From NCBI GenBank assembly GCA_040752695.1, contig JBFMGO010000121.1, positions 1 through 17,285 on the forward strand: a stretch of 17,285 nucleotides of DNA, written 5' to 3'. The first letter of the stretch is position 1; each line of letters starts with the position of its first letter. Positions 7,573-15,363 of the stretch are shown piece after piece. Made by a program: the position numbers and the translations under genes. Origin of the DNA: a bacterium (GTDB lineage: Bacteria; SZUA-182; DTGQ01). Below the pieces are notes generated by a model. It was not told the origin of the DNA, searched no databases, and saw only the letters and a list, made by a program, of their open reading frames with translations.

Positions 7573-8706
7573 CTGATCAGTCTGGTAGCAGTAGGAGACG
7601 TTTGTCTTGGAATGGGGGTCTTAGATTCCATCCGGCACTTTGGTCCGGATTTTCCCTTTGCTCCGTGCAGCCCGATCCTCCGGCAGGGAGATCTGGTTTT
7701 TGGCAATCTGGAAATGGTTCTGTATGACAGGGGAACACAGCTCAGAGAAAGTCGGATTGATTTTAAGGTTCCCCTGCCATATGGCGCCGGGCTTGGCCGG
7801 GCTGGTTTTCAGGTACTCAGTGTAGCCAATAATCATATCCTGGACTTTGGCACTCCCGCCTGCCAGGATACCTTGAAGTTCCTGCAAAAGCAGGGGATAC
7901 AGACTGTCGGGTGCGGGAGGGACCTTAAAGAGGCCAGAAAACCCGCCATATGCATGGTCAGGGGGCAGCGGGTCGGTTTTTTAGCCTATTCAGATGATGT
8001 CGGGCAATCCAAAGGACCGCATGGGCCCTGTGTGGCACCGATCAAGAAGAAAAATCTCCTTGAGGATATCCGGGCACTTCGACAGCAGGTTGACCTGATT
8101 ATTATTTCCCTGCATGCAGACCTTGAATTTGTAGCCTATCCGGCACCCTGGCGGGTCCGGCTTTGCCGCCAGCTCATCGAGGCCGGGGCGGATCTGATCC
8201 TTCAGCACCACCCGCATGTGCCGCAAGGGGTAGAGAGATACCGCCATGGGATGATCATCTACAGCCTGGGAAGCTTCGTTTTTCCCGTTGCGGGAAACGA
8301 TTACGCAGATCATCCCTGGACGGACCAAAGTTTCATTCTGCGCGTATGGATGGACAGGCGGGGGATCGCAAGTGCGGAGTTTCTGCCGGTACGGATCAAT
8401 CGCTTCAATCAGCCTGTGCCCCTTAGTGATGAGGATCAGCGGAGAGAATTTCTTCGTTACCTCCGCCAGATCTCTTTACCTCTTCACCGGCCTGACCTTC
8501 TGGACCGGTTCTGGCTGCAATCCTGTATAGCCGCTTTCGGTACCCACTGGTCCTGGATAAAGGAAGTGTACTGGGAGAAAGGGTGGGCGGGAGTGGTTCA
8601 ATGCCTGGAATTTCTGGCCAGGACGTCCGAAAACCGGCGCTGGCTGCTCGGCCTTTTATCAGGCATGGCACGATTTGGGCTCAGGGATGGCTTCAGGCAC
8701 AAATGA
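7573..8706 (+). CDS. CapA/PGA_cap family metallophosphoesterase-fold protein
   Basis: Motifs GNLE, ANNHILDFG, SLH, HHPHVPQGVE and YSLG. The first conserved motif 'LVAVGDVCLG' is encoded in frame upstream of ATG 7612, so the start is placed by inference at CTG 7573, 7 nt after AAGGGA. Confidence 0.85.
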   Translation: MISLVAVGDVCLGMGVLDSIRHFGPDFPFAPCSPILRQGDLVFGNLEMVLYDRGTQLRESRIDFKVPLPYGAGLGRAGFQVLSVANNHILDFGTPACQDTLKFLQKQGIQTVGCGRDLKEARKPAICMVRGQRVGFLAYSDDVGQSKGPHGPCVAPIKKKNLLEDIRALRQQVDLIIISLHADLEFVAYPAPWRVRLCRQLIEAGADLILQHHPHVPQGVERYRHGMIIYSLGSFVFPVAGNDYADHPWTDQSFILRVWMDRRGIASAEFLPVRINRFNQPVPLSDEDQRREFLRYLRQISLPLHRPDLLDRFWLQSCIAAFGTHWSWIKEVYWEKGWAGVVQCLEFLARTSENRRWLLGLLSGMARFGLRDGFRHK

Positions 8707-10010
8707 TGCTCTCCTTCTACCTCTGGACCCTGGTTAGTATAGGCCGTCCTCAGGATGTCCTGCCGGAGCTTCTGTTCCATCTCCATCCGGGCAAGATTGC
8801 TGCTCTTTTTACCCTTTTGCTCTATTTTTTAAATGTCAAAAAGAAGGTTAACCAAAATATTTTCCAGACACCGGAGGTTGTGGCCTTTTTATTTTTTTGT
8901 CTCGTTATGACCGCTTCCGGCTTGTGTGGTGTATACCCTCGACAGAGCTGGGAATTTTTGAAGACCGACTTTTGCAAGCAAGTGGTTTATTGCCTGGTCT
9001 TAAGCCGTATCATAGTCACATCCAAAGATATCAAAAAGCTGGCCTGGGTAATTATTTTAAGCGCGGTTATCATCTCCTTAGCCAGTATCAGCGTCAGAGC
9101 TCAGACCGACCGGGTCAGTGTCGGCACCATGTATGATCCCAATGATCTGGCCATGGTTCTGGTTATATCCTTTCCCTTTGTCCTTTACTTCTTCCTTGAG
9201 GAAGGCGGCTTCAGAAAAATCTTTCTGGCCGGAGCCGGGGTCGTCATTTTATTTGCCTTCCTGCTTACCCAGTCGAGGGGGGGATTTCTCGGCCTTATGG
9301 CCATTATCCTGACCTTTGCAGTAAGCGGCAGTTCCCTGAAGGGCAAGGCCGGGCAGGGTAAGGTTGAGAAGGGTCGGGACGAGGGGCAAAAATGGTCGAA
9401 GAGAGTGGTTGTCCTCCTTCTGACGCTTGCCCTGGTCGGCCTGGCCAGCAATCAATACTGGCAGCGCATCAAGACTATCCTGTCACGCGAGGACCGCGGC
9501 TCTATGAGAGAGGTGATCTGGGGGCGGGGGCTGAAACTGTTTGCGGAAAATCTCTGGCTTGGGGTGGGAGTGAATTGCTTTTCCACGGCCTACGGGCGGG
9601 CGCTGGAAAAGGGCAGGTTCGGTAAAGTCGGCAATGTCTATGACCGGTCCTGGAGAGCAGCTCACAACAGTTACCTCCAGGTGGGGACCGAGACTGGCAT
9701 TTTCGGCCTTTTGCTTTTCCTCTTTCTGCTGGGCCTGAGCATAAAAAATTTCAGGGAAACCAAAATTCTGGCTCTGGCCGGTTCCGATTCACAAACCCGG
9801 CGCCTTTCGGAGATGTATTTACTGGGATTAATCGGCTTTATGGTCTGCGGTTTTTTTCTCTCTCAGGCCTATTCGATCTTTCCTTATCTTTTTCTGGCTG
9901 TTTCTGGCATTCTGCGCCGCCAATTCCTTAAGGAGGTAAAAAAGAATGAATTCGATCCCGAGGGTAGAGGATTGGGGATTGGAGAATCAACAGGGCATTC
10001 TCCTGGTTGA
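8703..10010 (+). CDS. O-antigen ligase / Wzy-like polymerase family membrane protein
   Basis: Many TM segments; motifs 'RPQD', 'DPNDLA', 'TQSRGGFLGL' and 'AHNSYLQVGTETGIFG'. ATG 8703 overlaps the CapA TGA (ATGA) and is preferred over GTG 8583. Confidence 0.87.
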   Translation: MMLSFYLWTLVSIGRPQDVLPELLFHLHPGKIAALFTLLLYFLNVKKKVNQNIFQTPEVVAFLFFCLVMTASGLCGVYPRQSWEFLKTDFCKQVVYCLVLSRIIVTSKDIKKLAWVIILSAVIISLASISVRAQTDRVSVGTMYDPNDLAMVLVISFPFVLYFFLEEGGFRKIFLAGAGVVILFAFLLTQSRGGFLGLMAIILTFAVSGSSLKGKAGQGKVEKGRDEGQKWSKRVVVLLLTLALVGLASNQYWQRIKTILSREDRGSMREVIWGRGLKLFAENLWLGVGVNCFSTAYGRALEKGRFGKVGNVYDRSWRAAHNSYLQVGTETGIFGLLLFLFLLGLSIKNFRETKILALAGSDSQTRRLSEMYLLGLIGFMVCGFFLSQAYSIFPYLFLAVSGILRRQFLKEVKKNEFDPEGRGLGIGESTGHSPG

Positions 10011-11292
10011 CGGGGCGAGTTGTCTGGACTTGACCAGGGACTTTGGTACCCCGCTTCATGTAGTTCATGAAAAGAGGCTTTTAAATAACATAAAACGGTT
10101 TAAGGACGCCTTCAGTGGCTATCAGCCGGGAGTGAACGTTTTCTATTCATACAAATCCAATGGCATTCCCGGTGTATTACAGCTTATCCACCGGGGAGAG
10201 AAAGAGGAAGAGGGTCTGGGTGCCGAGGTCATTTCCCCTTATGAGCTGTGGCTGGCCCTGCGGATGGGAATCGCTCCCCGGCGAATTGTCTACAACGGCA
10301 TAAATAAGCCTCTGGAAAGCCTGAAGCTGGCTCTCAAACTCAAAATAAGAATCAACGCTGATTCCATCGAGGAGGTGAAGCAGATTGACACAGAGGCTAA
10401 AAAGCTCGGCAGAACTTGTGAGATAGGGATTCGGGTCTGTCCACGGGCGGGCTGGAACTCCCACTTTGGTCTGAGCCTGGCTGATGGCCAGGCCGAGCAG
10501 GCCGTAGACTACATCAGCCGATCCTCACACCTTTTATGTACAGGATTGATGTGTCATCTCACCACCAGGGCCACTGACGCCGAAACACATGCACTTGCCT
10601 GCTTCGACCTTTTACGGTTTGCCTCAAAGATTCATCGAAGGTATGGCATAACCATTCAGTCCCTCGATCTCGGAGGGGGGTTTGGAGTGCCCACCGTCAA
10701 GGGATTCTCCCACTGGGAAGCACTGCGATACCGGCTGTGGAACCGTCCTCCCCGCAAGCCCGACCCCTCACGCTGTCAGCCGATCGAGGATATGGCCAAA
10801 AGAATCATTTCCGCTCTTTTTAAAGGATGTGAGCGGTTCGGACTCAACCCCCCCGTTCTTTGCCTTGAGCCGGGCAGAATCATTACCAGCGACGCTCAAG
10901 TCCTGCTGCTGACGGTCGGAGGGGTCAAACAACGAGGGGAAGGCCGGCTGTTTGCACTCACCGATGGGGGAAGATTCAATATTAATTACCCCCTGGAACA
11001 TGAATATCATGCCGCTTTTGTGGCTAACAAGCTGAATGATCCACTCCGACAGAATTATTTTGTGGTTGGCAGGCTTTGCTCTCCAGGCGATTGGGTCTAC
11101 CGGAATATTCACCTCCCCTGCCTGCAGGCACAAGATATACTGGCTATTATGGATTCCGGAGCCTACTTTACCCAATTCTCGACCAATTTTTCCTATCCGC
11201 GCGCTGCGGTCGTGGCTGTACGGGATGGAAAGGCCCGCGTCCTGCGGCACAGGGAGACGTATGAATGCATGGTTAGCATGGATCTCATGTGA
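9946..11292 (+). CDS. PLP-dependent decarboxylase, LysA/diaminopimelate decarboxylase fold (divergent paralogue)
   Basis: 'FGTPLHV', PLP lysine in 'YSYKSN', 'DLGGGFG', 'EPGR', 'GRLCSPGD' and 'GAY'. Strong SD TAAGGAGGT at 9929-9937. Confidence 0.87.
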   Translation: MNSIPRVEDWGLENQQGILLVDGASCLDLTRDFGTPLHVVHEKRLLNNIKRFKDAFSGYQPGVNVFYSYKSNGIPGVLQLIHRGEKEEEGLGAEVISPYELWLALRMGIAPRRIVYNGINKPLESLKLALKLKIRINADSIEEVKQIDTEAKKLGRTCEIGIRVCPRAGWNSHFGLSLADGQAEQAVDYISRSSHLLCTGLMCHLTTRATDAETHALACFDLLRFASKIHRRYGITIQSLDLGGGFGVPTVKGFSHWEALRYRLWNRPPRKPDPSRCQPIEDMAKRIISALFKGCERFGLNPPVLCLEPGRIITSDAQVLLLTVGGVKQRGEGRLFALTDGGRFNINYPLEHEYHAAFVANKLNDPLRQNYFVVGRLCSPGDWVYRNIHLPCLQAQDILAIMDSGAYFTQFSTNFSYPRAAVVAVRDGKARVLRHRETYECMVSMDLM

Positions 11293-11349
11293 GGAGTAAG
11301 CTTTTGAGGAATAAACTCTTGTGGAGTAAGCTTTTGAGGAGTAAGACTT
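11290..11349 (+). repeat. 4 x 15-bp tandem repeat, each with an SD-like core
   Basis: TGAGGAGTAAGCTTT / TGAGGAATAAACTCT / TGTGGAGTAAGCTTT / TGAGGAGTAAGACTT. Confidence 0.9.
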
Positions 11350-11354
11350 CATAG

Positions 11355-12554
11355 ATGCGGGTTTTGATCACGAATGCCCGCAACCGCATCGCCTATGCTG
11401 CCCTGAGGAGCCTTGGTGAGCGGGGTATCCCGGTCTGCACGGCAGATTCCATACCCTGGGCCATGTGCTTTTCCTCTCGCTACTCAAGGAGCTGTTTCCG
11501 CTATCCCTCCCCTTTTCAGGAGCCAGAGCGGTGCATTGCCTCCCTGATCGAGAACGGCCGCAGGGAACGCTGTCAGTTCCTTTTGCCTACCTACGAGGAA
11601 ACCTTTCTCATATCCAAGTACCAGGACAAATTGAAGGAGCATTTTCGCCTGGTCGTTCCGGAATATGAAAAGATCCTGACAGTTCATGACAAGCAAAGCC
11701 TCTCCAGGCTGGCCGGGAAGCTGGGCATTCCTGTCCCCAGGACCGCCTTTCTCACCGAGCATCCTTCGCAGCACCCCTGGCTGACAGAAGCCCGTTATCC
11801 AGTCTGGCTCAAACCCCGGCAGGGCGGAGGAGCCTGGGGAATCGAGAAGGTAGCTTCCTACGATGAACTGCTTTTGCGGTGGATCAAGTCCGGCGATCTT
11901 CCCTATGGGCTTCCGCCTGGCCGCTTCCTGGTGCAAGAGCACATCCCTGGTGAGATTTATTGCGTGGCCATGCTGTTTCGGCAGGGGAAAATGCGGGCGC
12001 GATTTACCTATCGCCAGGTAAGGAATTACCCCCTGCAGGGAGGCGTGGCTACACTGCGGGTCAGTGACCGGCAAAGTGAAGCCGAAGGGTGCTTGCAGCG
12101 GCTCATGGAGGCTCTGCAATGGCACGGCGTGTGTCAGGCGGATTTCGTTGTGCATAAGGAAACGAAGGTCCCCTACCTTTTGGATGTCAATCCGCGATTC
12201 TGGAGCGCTACGCACCTGGCCGTCATTTCGGGTGTTGATTTTCCCTACATGGTATACCGCATAGCTGCGGATGGGGATACAGACCCGGTCATGGATCATC
12301 CTGCCGGTATCCATTCCCGGTGGTTCTGGGGAGAAGTGCGGGCCTTCTGGGCGTGCTTTCGCCAGCCCGGACAAAAGATCAGGGCACTGAAAACCTATGG
12401 CCGTATCGGGAAAGCTTACAGCAATTTCGATGACCTGTGTCTTCGTGACCCCCTGCCTCCTCTGGTGTTCTTAGGGGATGGCCTCAGGCGGATACTCAAG
12501 CAGCGCTCCCTTACCCTGCGGCCTCATGATTCCCTGGAAGGAGTATGGGAATAA
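11355..12554 (+). CDS. ATP-grasp carboxylate-amine ligase
   Basis: 'RSLG', 'DKQSL', 'YPVWLKPRQGGGAWG', 'VQEHIPG', 'LLDVNPRFW' and 'GVDFPY', matching the ATP-grasp family found in polysaccharide loci. Confidence 0.87.
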   Translation: MRVLITNARNRIAYAALRSLGERGIPVCTADSIPWAMCFSSRYSRSCFRYPSPFQEPERCIASLIENGRRERCQFLLPTYEETFLISKYQDKLKEHFRLVVPEYEKILTVHDKQSLSRLAGKLGIPVPRTAFLTEHPSQHPWLTEARYPVWLKPRQGGGAWGIEKVASYDELLLRWIKSGDLPYGLPPGRFLVQEHIPGEIYCVAMLFRQGKMRARFTYRQVRNYPLQGGVATLRVSDRQSEAEGCLQRLMEALQWHGVCQADFVVHKETKVPYLLDVNPRFWSATHLAVISGVDFPYMVYRIAADGDTDPVMDHPAGIHSRWFWGEVRAFWACFRQPGQKIRALKTYGRIGKAYSNFDDLCLRDPLPPLVFLGDGLRRILKQRSLTLRPHDSLEGVWE

Positions 12555-12598
12555 ACGGTGAAACGGGTGGGTGAAACGGGTGAAGGAGTGAAAGGGTG
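12553..12598 (+). repeat. degenerate tandem repeat of mostly 8-9-bp units ending in GTG
   Basis: AAACGGTG / AAACGGGTGGGTG / AAACGGGTG / AAGGAGTG / AAAGGGTG. The last two units supply the SD and GTG start of the next gene. Confidence 0.7.
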
Positions 12599-13831
12599 AG
12601 AAACAATGGCCAAGGTAATCAGGGGAGGGTCAGGGTGATGCAACTGATTGCTCCCAACACCCTGGGAGGCGCAGAGCGGGTGGTCCTTTCGATTCAGCAA
12701 TGGCTGGGAAGGGGAGGGGAGGATGGCGAAGTAAAAAGAAGAGAAAATGGTGAAGCAAGAGGGAATGAGACAAGAGAGGAAGAGAACGGAGAATATTTCT
12801 CATCGACTCTGGGCGTGTTTTCCTGGGTTAAAAAACCCGATAACGCCTTTTTGCGCGAGGTGAGCAGCCGGGGCTACCCCCATGTCATCTTTCCCATGCG
12901 CTTTGCCTTCGACTGGGCCAACCTGGTTCAGCTTTTCCGCTCCCTCAAGGCGAACCGGATTCAGCTTCTCCACACCCATGGTTATCGCTCGGATATCCTG
13001 GGGCTGATCTGCGCCAGAGCGGCCCGGATTCCGGTAGTCACCACCTTGCATGGCTGGACTGCCATGGATTGGAAAGTACGAAGGTACGAGGATGTTCAGC
13101 GGTGGGGATTGCCTTTCTTCTCGGCCATTATCGCTGTATCGGAAGAGATCAAAGACCGGCTCATTCGGCAAAGAGGGATTGATCCCGGCAAGATCACGGT
13201 TCTTCAAAATGCGGTCAGTCTTCCTCATGAAGCCGATGGATGGGCTCAGCCTGCGGACCGGGGGCAGATCAGGCGGCAATTCGACTGCGACCCGGATGCT
13301 CCTGTGATTGGATTTGTCGGCCGCCTGAGCCCGGAAAAAAATCCTGCCGATTTACTCAGGGCGACGAGCCTTCTGGCTCGCCGGATACCCAATATGCTGT
13401 GCTGGATAGTCGGAGAGGGGCCGGAGCGCTCAGCATTGGAAAATCAGGCCATGAGCCTTGGCATCACGCAAAGGGTCCGGTTCCTTGGCTTTCAGGCGCA
13501 GATAAGCCGCATCTACAAGGCCCTGGATGTACTGGCCATCACCTCCAGCACCGAAGGAACCCCAATGGCGCTCCTTGAGGCCATGTCATGGGGCATCCCG
13601 GTGGTTTCCACGCGGGTGGGAGGAATAGGCGCTCTTTTAGAACATGGCGTGGATGGCTTTTTGGTAAATCCGGGGGATACGGCCGGGCTGGTCAGAAGCC
13701 TGGAAAGAGTGCTGAGTGACCCGGAACTGGCCCACGAAATGGGAAAAACAGCCCGCGAAAAGGTGCGGGTGGAATTCGCCATGGCCGGATGGATTCAGAA
13801 AATCCGCAAGGTGTATCGCCGGTGCCTTTGA
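12596..13831 (+). CDS. glycosyltransferase family 4 (GT-B)
   Basis: 'GGAERVV', 'HTHGYRSD', 'TLHGW', 'VGRLSPEKN' and the EX7E motif 'EGTPMALLEAM'. GTG start 7 nt after AAGGAG; a start near 12635-12638 is also possible. Confidence 0.92.
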   Translation: MRNNGQGNQGRVRVMQLIAPNTLGGAERVVLSIQQWLGRGGEDGEVKRRENGEARGNETREEENGEYFSSTLGVFSWVKKPDNAFLREVSSRGYPHVIFPMRFAFDWANLVQLFRSLKANRIQLLHTHGYRSDILGLICARAARIPVVTTLHGWTAMDWKVRRYEDVQRWGLPFFSAIIAVSEEIKDRLIRQRGIDPGKITVLQNAVSLPHEADGWAQPADRGQIRRQFDCDPDAPVIGFVGRLSPEKNPADLLRATSLLARRIPNMLCWIVGEGPERSALENQAMSLGITQRVRFLGFQAQISRIYKALDVLAITSSTEGTPMALLEAMSWGIPVVSTRVGGIGALLEHGVDGFLVNPGDTAGLVRSLERVLSDPELAHEMGKTAREKVRVEFAMAGWIQKIRKVYRRCL

Positions 13832-14103
13832 GGATGCCCGTGGCTCTCTATGTTCACATAGAAATTACCAATTTTTAAAGGATTAAGCTCTTCCTTTCAA
13901 GACCTGACACCTCCCTGCTTTCTTGATTTTGTATCGATAGACCAGGTTTCTCCCTCAGGTTATTATAAACTAAGCTTTATCTCTATTACATTTCTTATCC
14001 TTTTTTAGTTCCTTTTTTATTTATTCCTCAAGTTTTAAAAAACTATGTTATACTATATGTGTAATGGCAACCATCTTATAGATATACAAGGAAGTTTTGA
14101 ATT

Positions 14104-14580
14104 GTGAAAAAAATCGTCTACATTGAAACGACTATTCCCAGTTTTTACTATGAAGTCAGGACTGAACCGGAGATGGCTGCACGCAGGAATTGGACGAGAG
14201 AATGGTGGGACAGCCAACGCCACTATTATCAACTTGTAACAAGTCTGGCAGTTATAGAAGAGCTGGAAAATGGAGATTATCCGAATAAAGAACAGGTATT
14301 GCAGATGCTTACAGATGTTCCAATCCTGAGTATTCCTATGGAAATCCGCGACGTTGTTGATACATATATAGCACGCAAGCTCTTACCTGCCAATCCTAAA
14401 GGTGATGCACTTCATCTGGCTTTAGCATCTTTTTATAGCTGTGATTTTCTGCTTACATGGAATTGTCAACACTTGGCAAATGCGAATAAATTTGCTCACA
14501 TAAGACGGATAAATACGCTCTTGGGCCTATTTGTCCCAATATTAACAACGCCGTTTGAACTTTTATCACAAGAGGAATAA
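14104..14580 (+). CDS. PIN-domain (VapC-like) toxin/ribonuclease
   Basis: 'VYIETTIPSF', 'VIEEL', 'DALHLALA' and 'LLTWNCQHLAN' carry the PIN-family acidic/conserved motifs. AT-rich gene. Confidence 0.88.
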   Translation: MKKIVYIETTIPSFYYEVRTEPEMAARRNWTREWWDSQRHYYQLVTSLAVIEELENGDYPNKEQVLQMLTDVPILSIPMEIRDVVDTYIARKLLPANPKGDALHLALASFYSCDFLLTWNCQHLANANKFAHIRRINTLLGLFVPILTTPFELLSQEE

Positions 14581-14585
14581 AGAAA

Positions 14586-14747
14586 ATGAAAAGTGATCCT
14601 GTTATTGATCGGATAAGGGAGGTGAGACGTAAAATATCGGAGAAATGCGATCATGACACGACAAAGCTGATACAGCATTATCAGGAGTTAGAAAAAAAAA
14701 CCACCCGTACGTTTTTCCAAAAAGCCGTTGAGAGGACCACTAAGTAA
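14586..14747 (+). CDS. 53-aa protein, probable antitoxin partner of the PIN toxin
   Basis: Not in the ORF track. Reads MKSDPVIDRIREVRRKISEKCDHDTTKLIQHYQELEKKTTRTFFQKAVERTTK, starts 5 nt after the PIN stop with GAGGA upstream. It resembles the small 'DPxxxExRxxR' proteins I recall downstream of this PIN subfamily. Confidence 0.7.
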   Translation: MKSDPVIDRIREVRRKISEKCDHDTTKLIQHYQELEKKTTRTFFQKAVERTTK

Positions 14748-14994
14748 CTTGACCAGTTACCATACTGATGTTGGTCAGGGAGCACCTCATATACGCTATT
14801 TCCCTTTATCCCTGCACAAGAGATGAGTTTTCCCCGGCCTGATCTCCCCTTTGCTCATCCAGGATATCGAGGCCCTCATCAAAATGATAGTAAGTGAAAC
14901 CAGATTGAGGGAGAAATACTGAACATGATGATTTTATACTATTTCCTGAGTTTATTCGATACTATTTCCCAAATTATTTTGTTAGATTTCCTTA

Positions 14995-15024
14995 TTGTAA
15001 AAGTGAGCACGATCAGGGTAGAAT
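14995..15024 (+). promoter_or_regulatory. candidate sigma-70 promoter for the 15080 gene
   Basis: TTGTAA-N18-TAGAAT, about 55 nt upstream of the start codon. Confidence 0.4.
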
Positions 15025-15079
15025 AATTAAGAGAGAAGTCGTAAACTGAGCACAAGGTTAGAGATGAGGTAGTTTGGTT

Positions 15080-15277
15080 ATGGAAAAGAAGGTAAAGGAT
15101 CTTACCATTCAAGAATTAAGGGATCTGGTATCGAATATCGTTAAAGAAACAATGGAAGAATTCATTGAAGATATGCTGGTGCTTGCAAGCAAAAACTATT
15201 TGGCCGCGATAGACGGAGCAGGAGAAGACGATCATGACAATAAAATGCAGCAGTTTGAGGAAACATTTGATGCATAG
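15080..15277 (+). CDS. small acidic antitoxin-like protein (orphan)
   Basis: MEKKVKDLTIQELRDLVSNIVKETMEEFIEDMLVLASKNYLAAI..., with SD GAGGT 9 nt before ATG 15080. It resembles small antitoxins that precede RelE/ParE toxins (from recall, not searched). Confidence 0.6.
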   Translation: MEKKVKDLTIQELRDLVSNIVKETMEEFIEDMLVLASKNYLAAIDGAGEDDHDNKMQQFEETFDA

Positions 15278-15302
15278 GATATGAGGTATATCCTAATTAT
15301 GT

Positions 15303-15349
15303 AACATCCCCCCGCTATCCCCCTTGAGAAAAGGGGGGAAGGGGATGTT
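15303..15349. repeat. GC-rich palindrome (REP-like / possible terminator)
   Basis: Outer arms AACATCCCC...GGGGATGTT enclose CCCCCTT-gagaa-AAGGGGG. Confidence 0.65.
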
Positions 15350-15363
15350 CCCCTTCCTTTTGA

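Noticed and set aside
8583..8702. Extended N-terminus of the ligase from GTG 8583
   Set aside because: It would overlap CapA by more than 120 nt; ATGA coupling at 8703 and the start of the hydrophobic sequence fit better.
9946..11292. Naming the gene lysA (and 5585-7447 asnB, 7573-8706 capA)
   Set aside because: Specificity or catalytic motifs diverge and the context is polysaccharide tailoring, so orthology is unsupported.
11290..11349. CRISPR array (also considered for 16873-16926 and 4087-4140)
   Set aside because: Units are directly adjacent with no unique spacers, and there are no cas genes in the window.
14770..14890. Possible HicA-like toxin remnant
   Set aside because: Only faint fragments across frames with stops; not supportable without a translated search.
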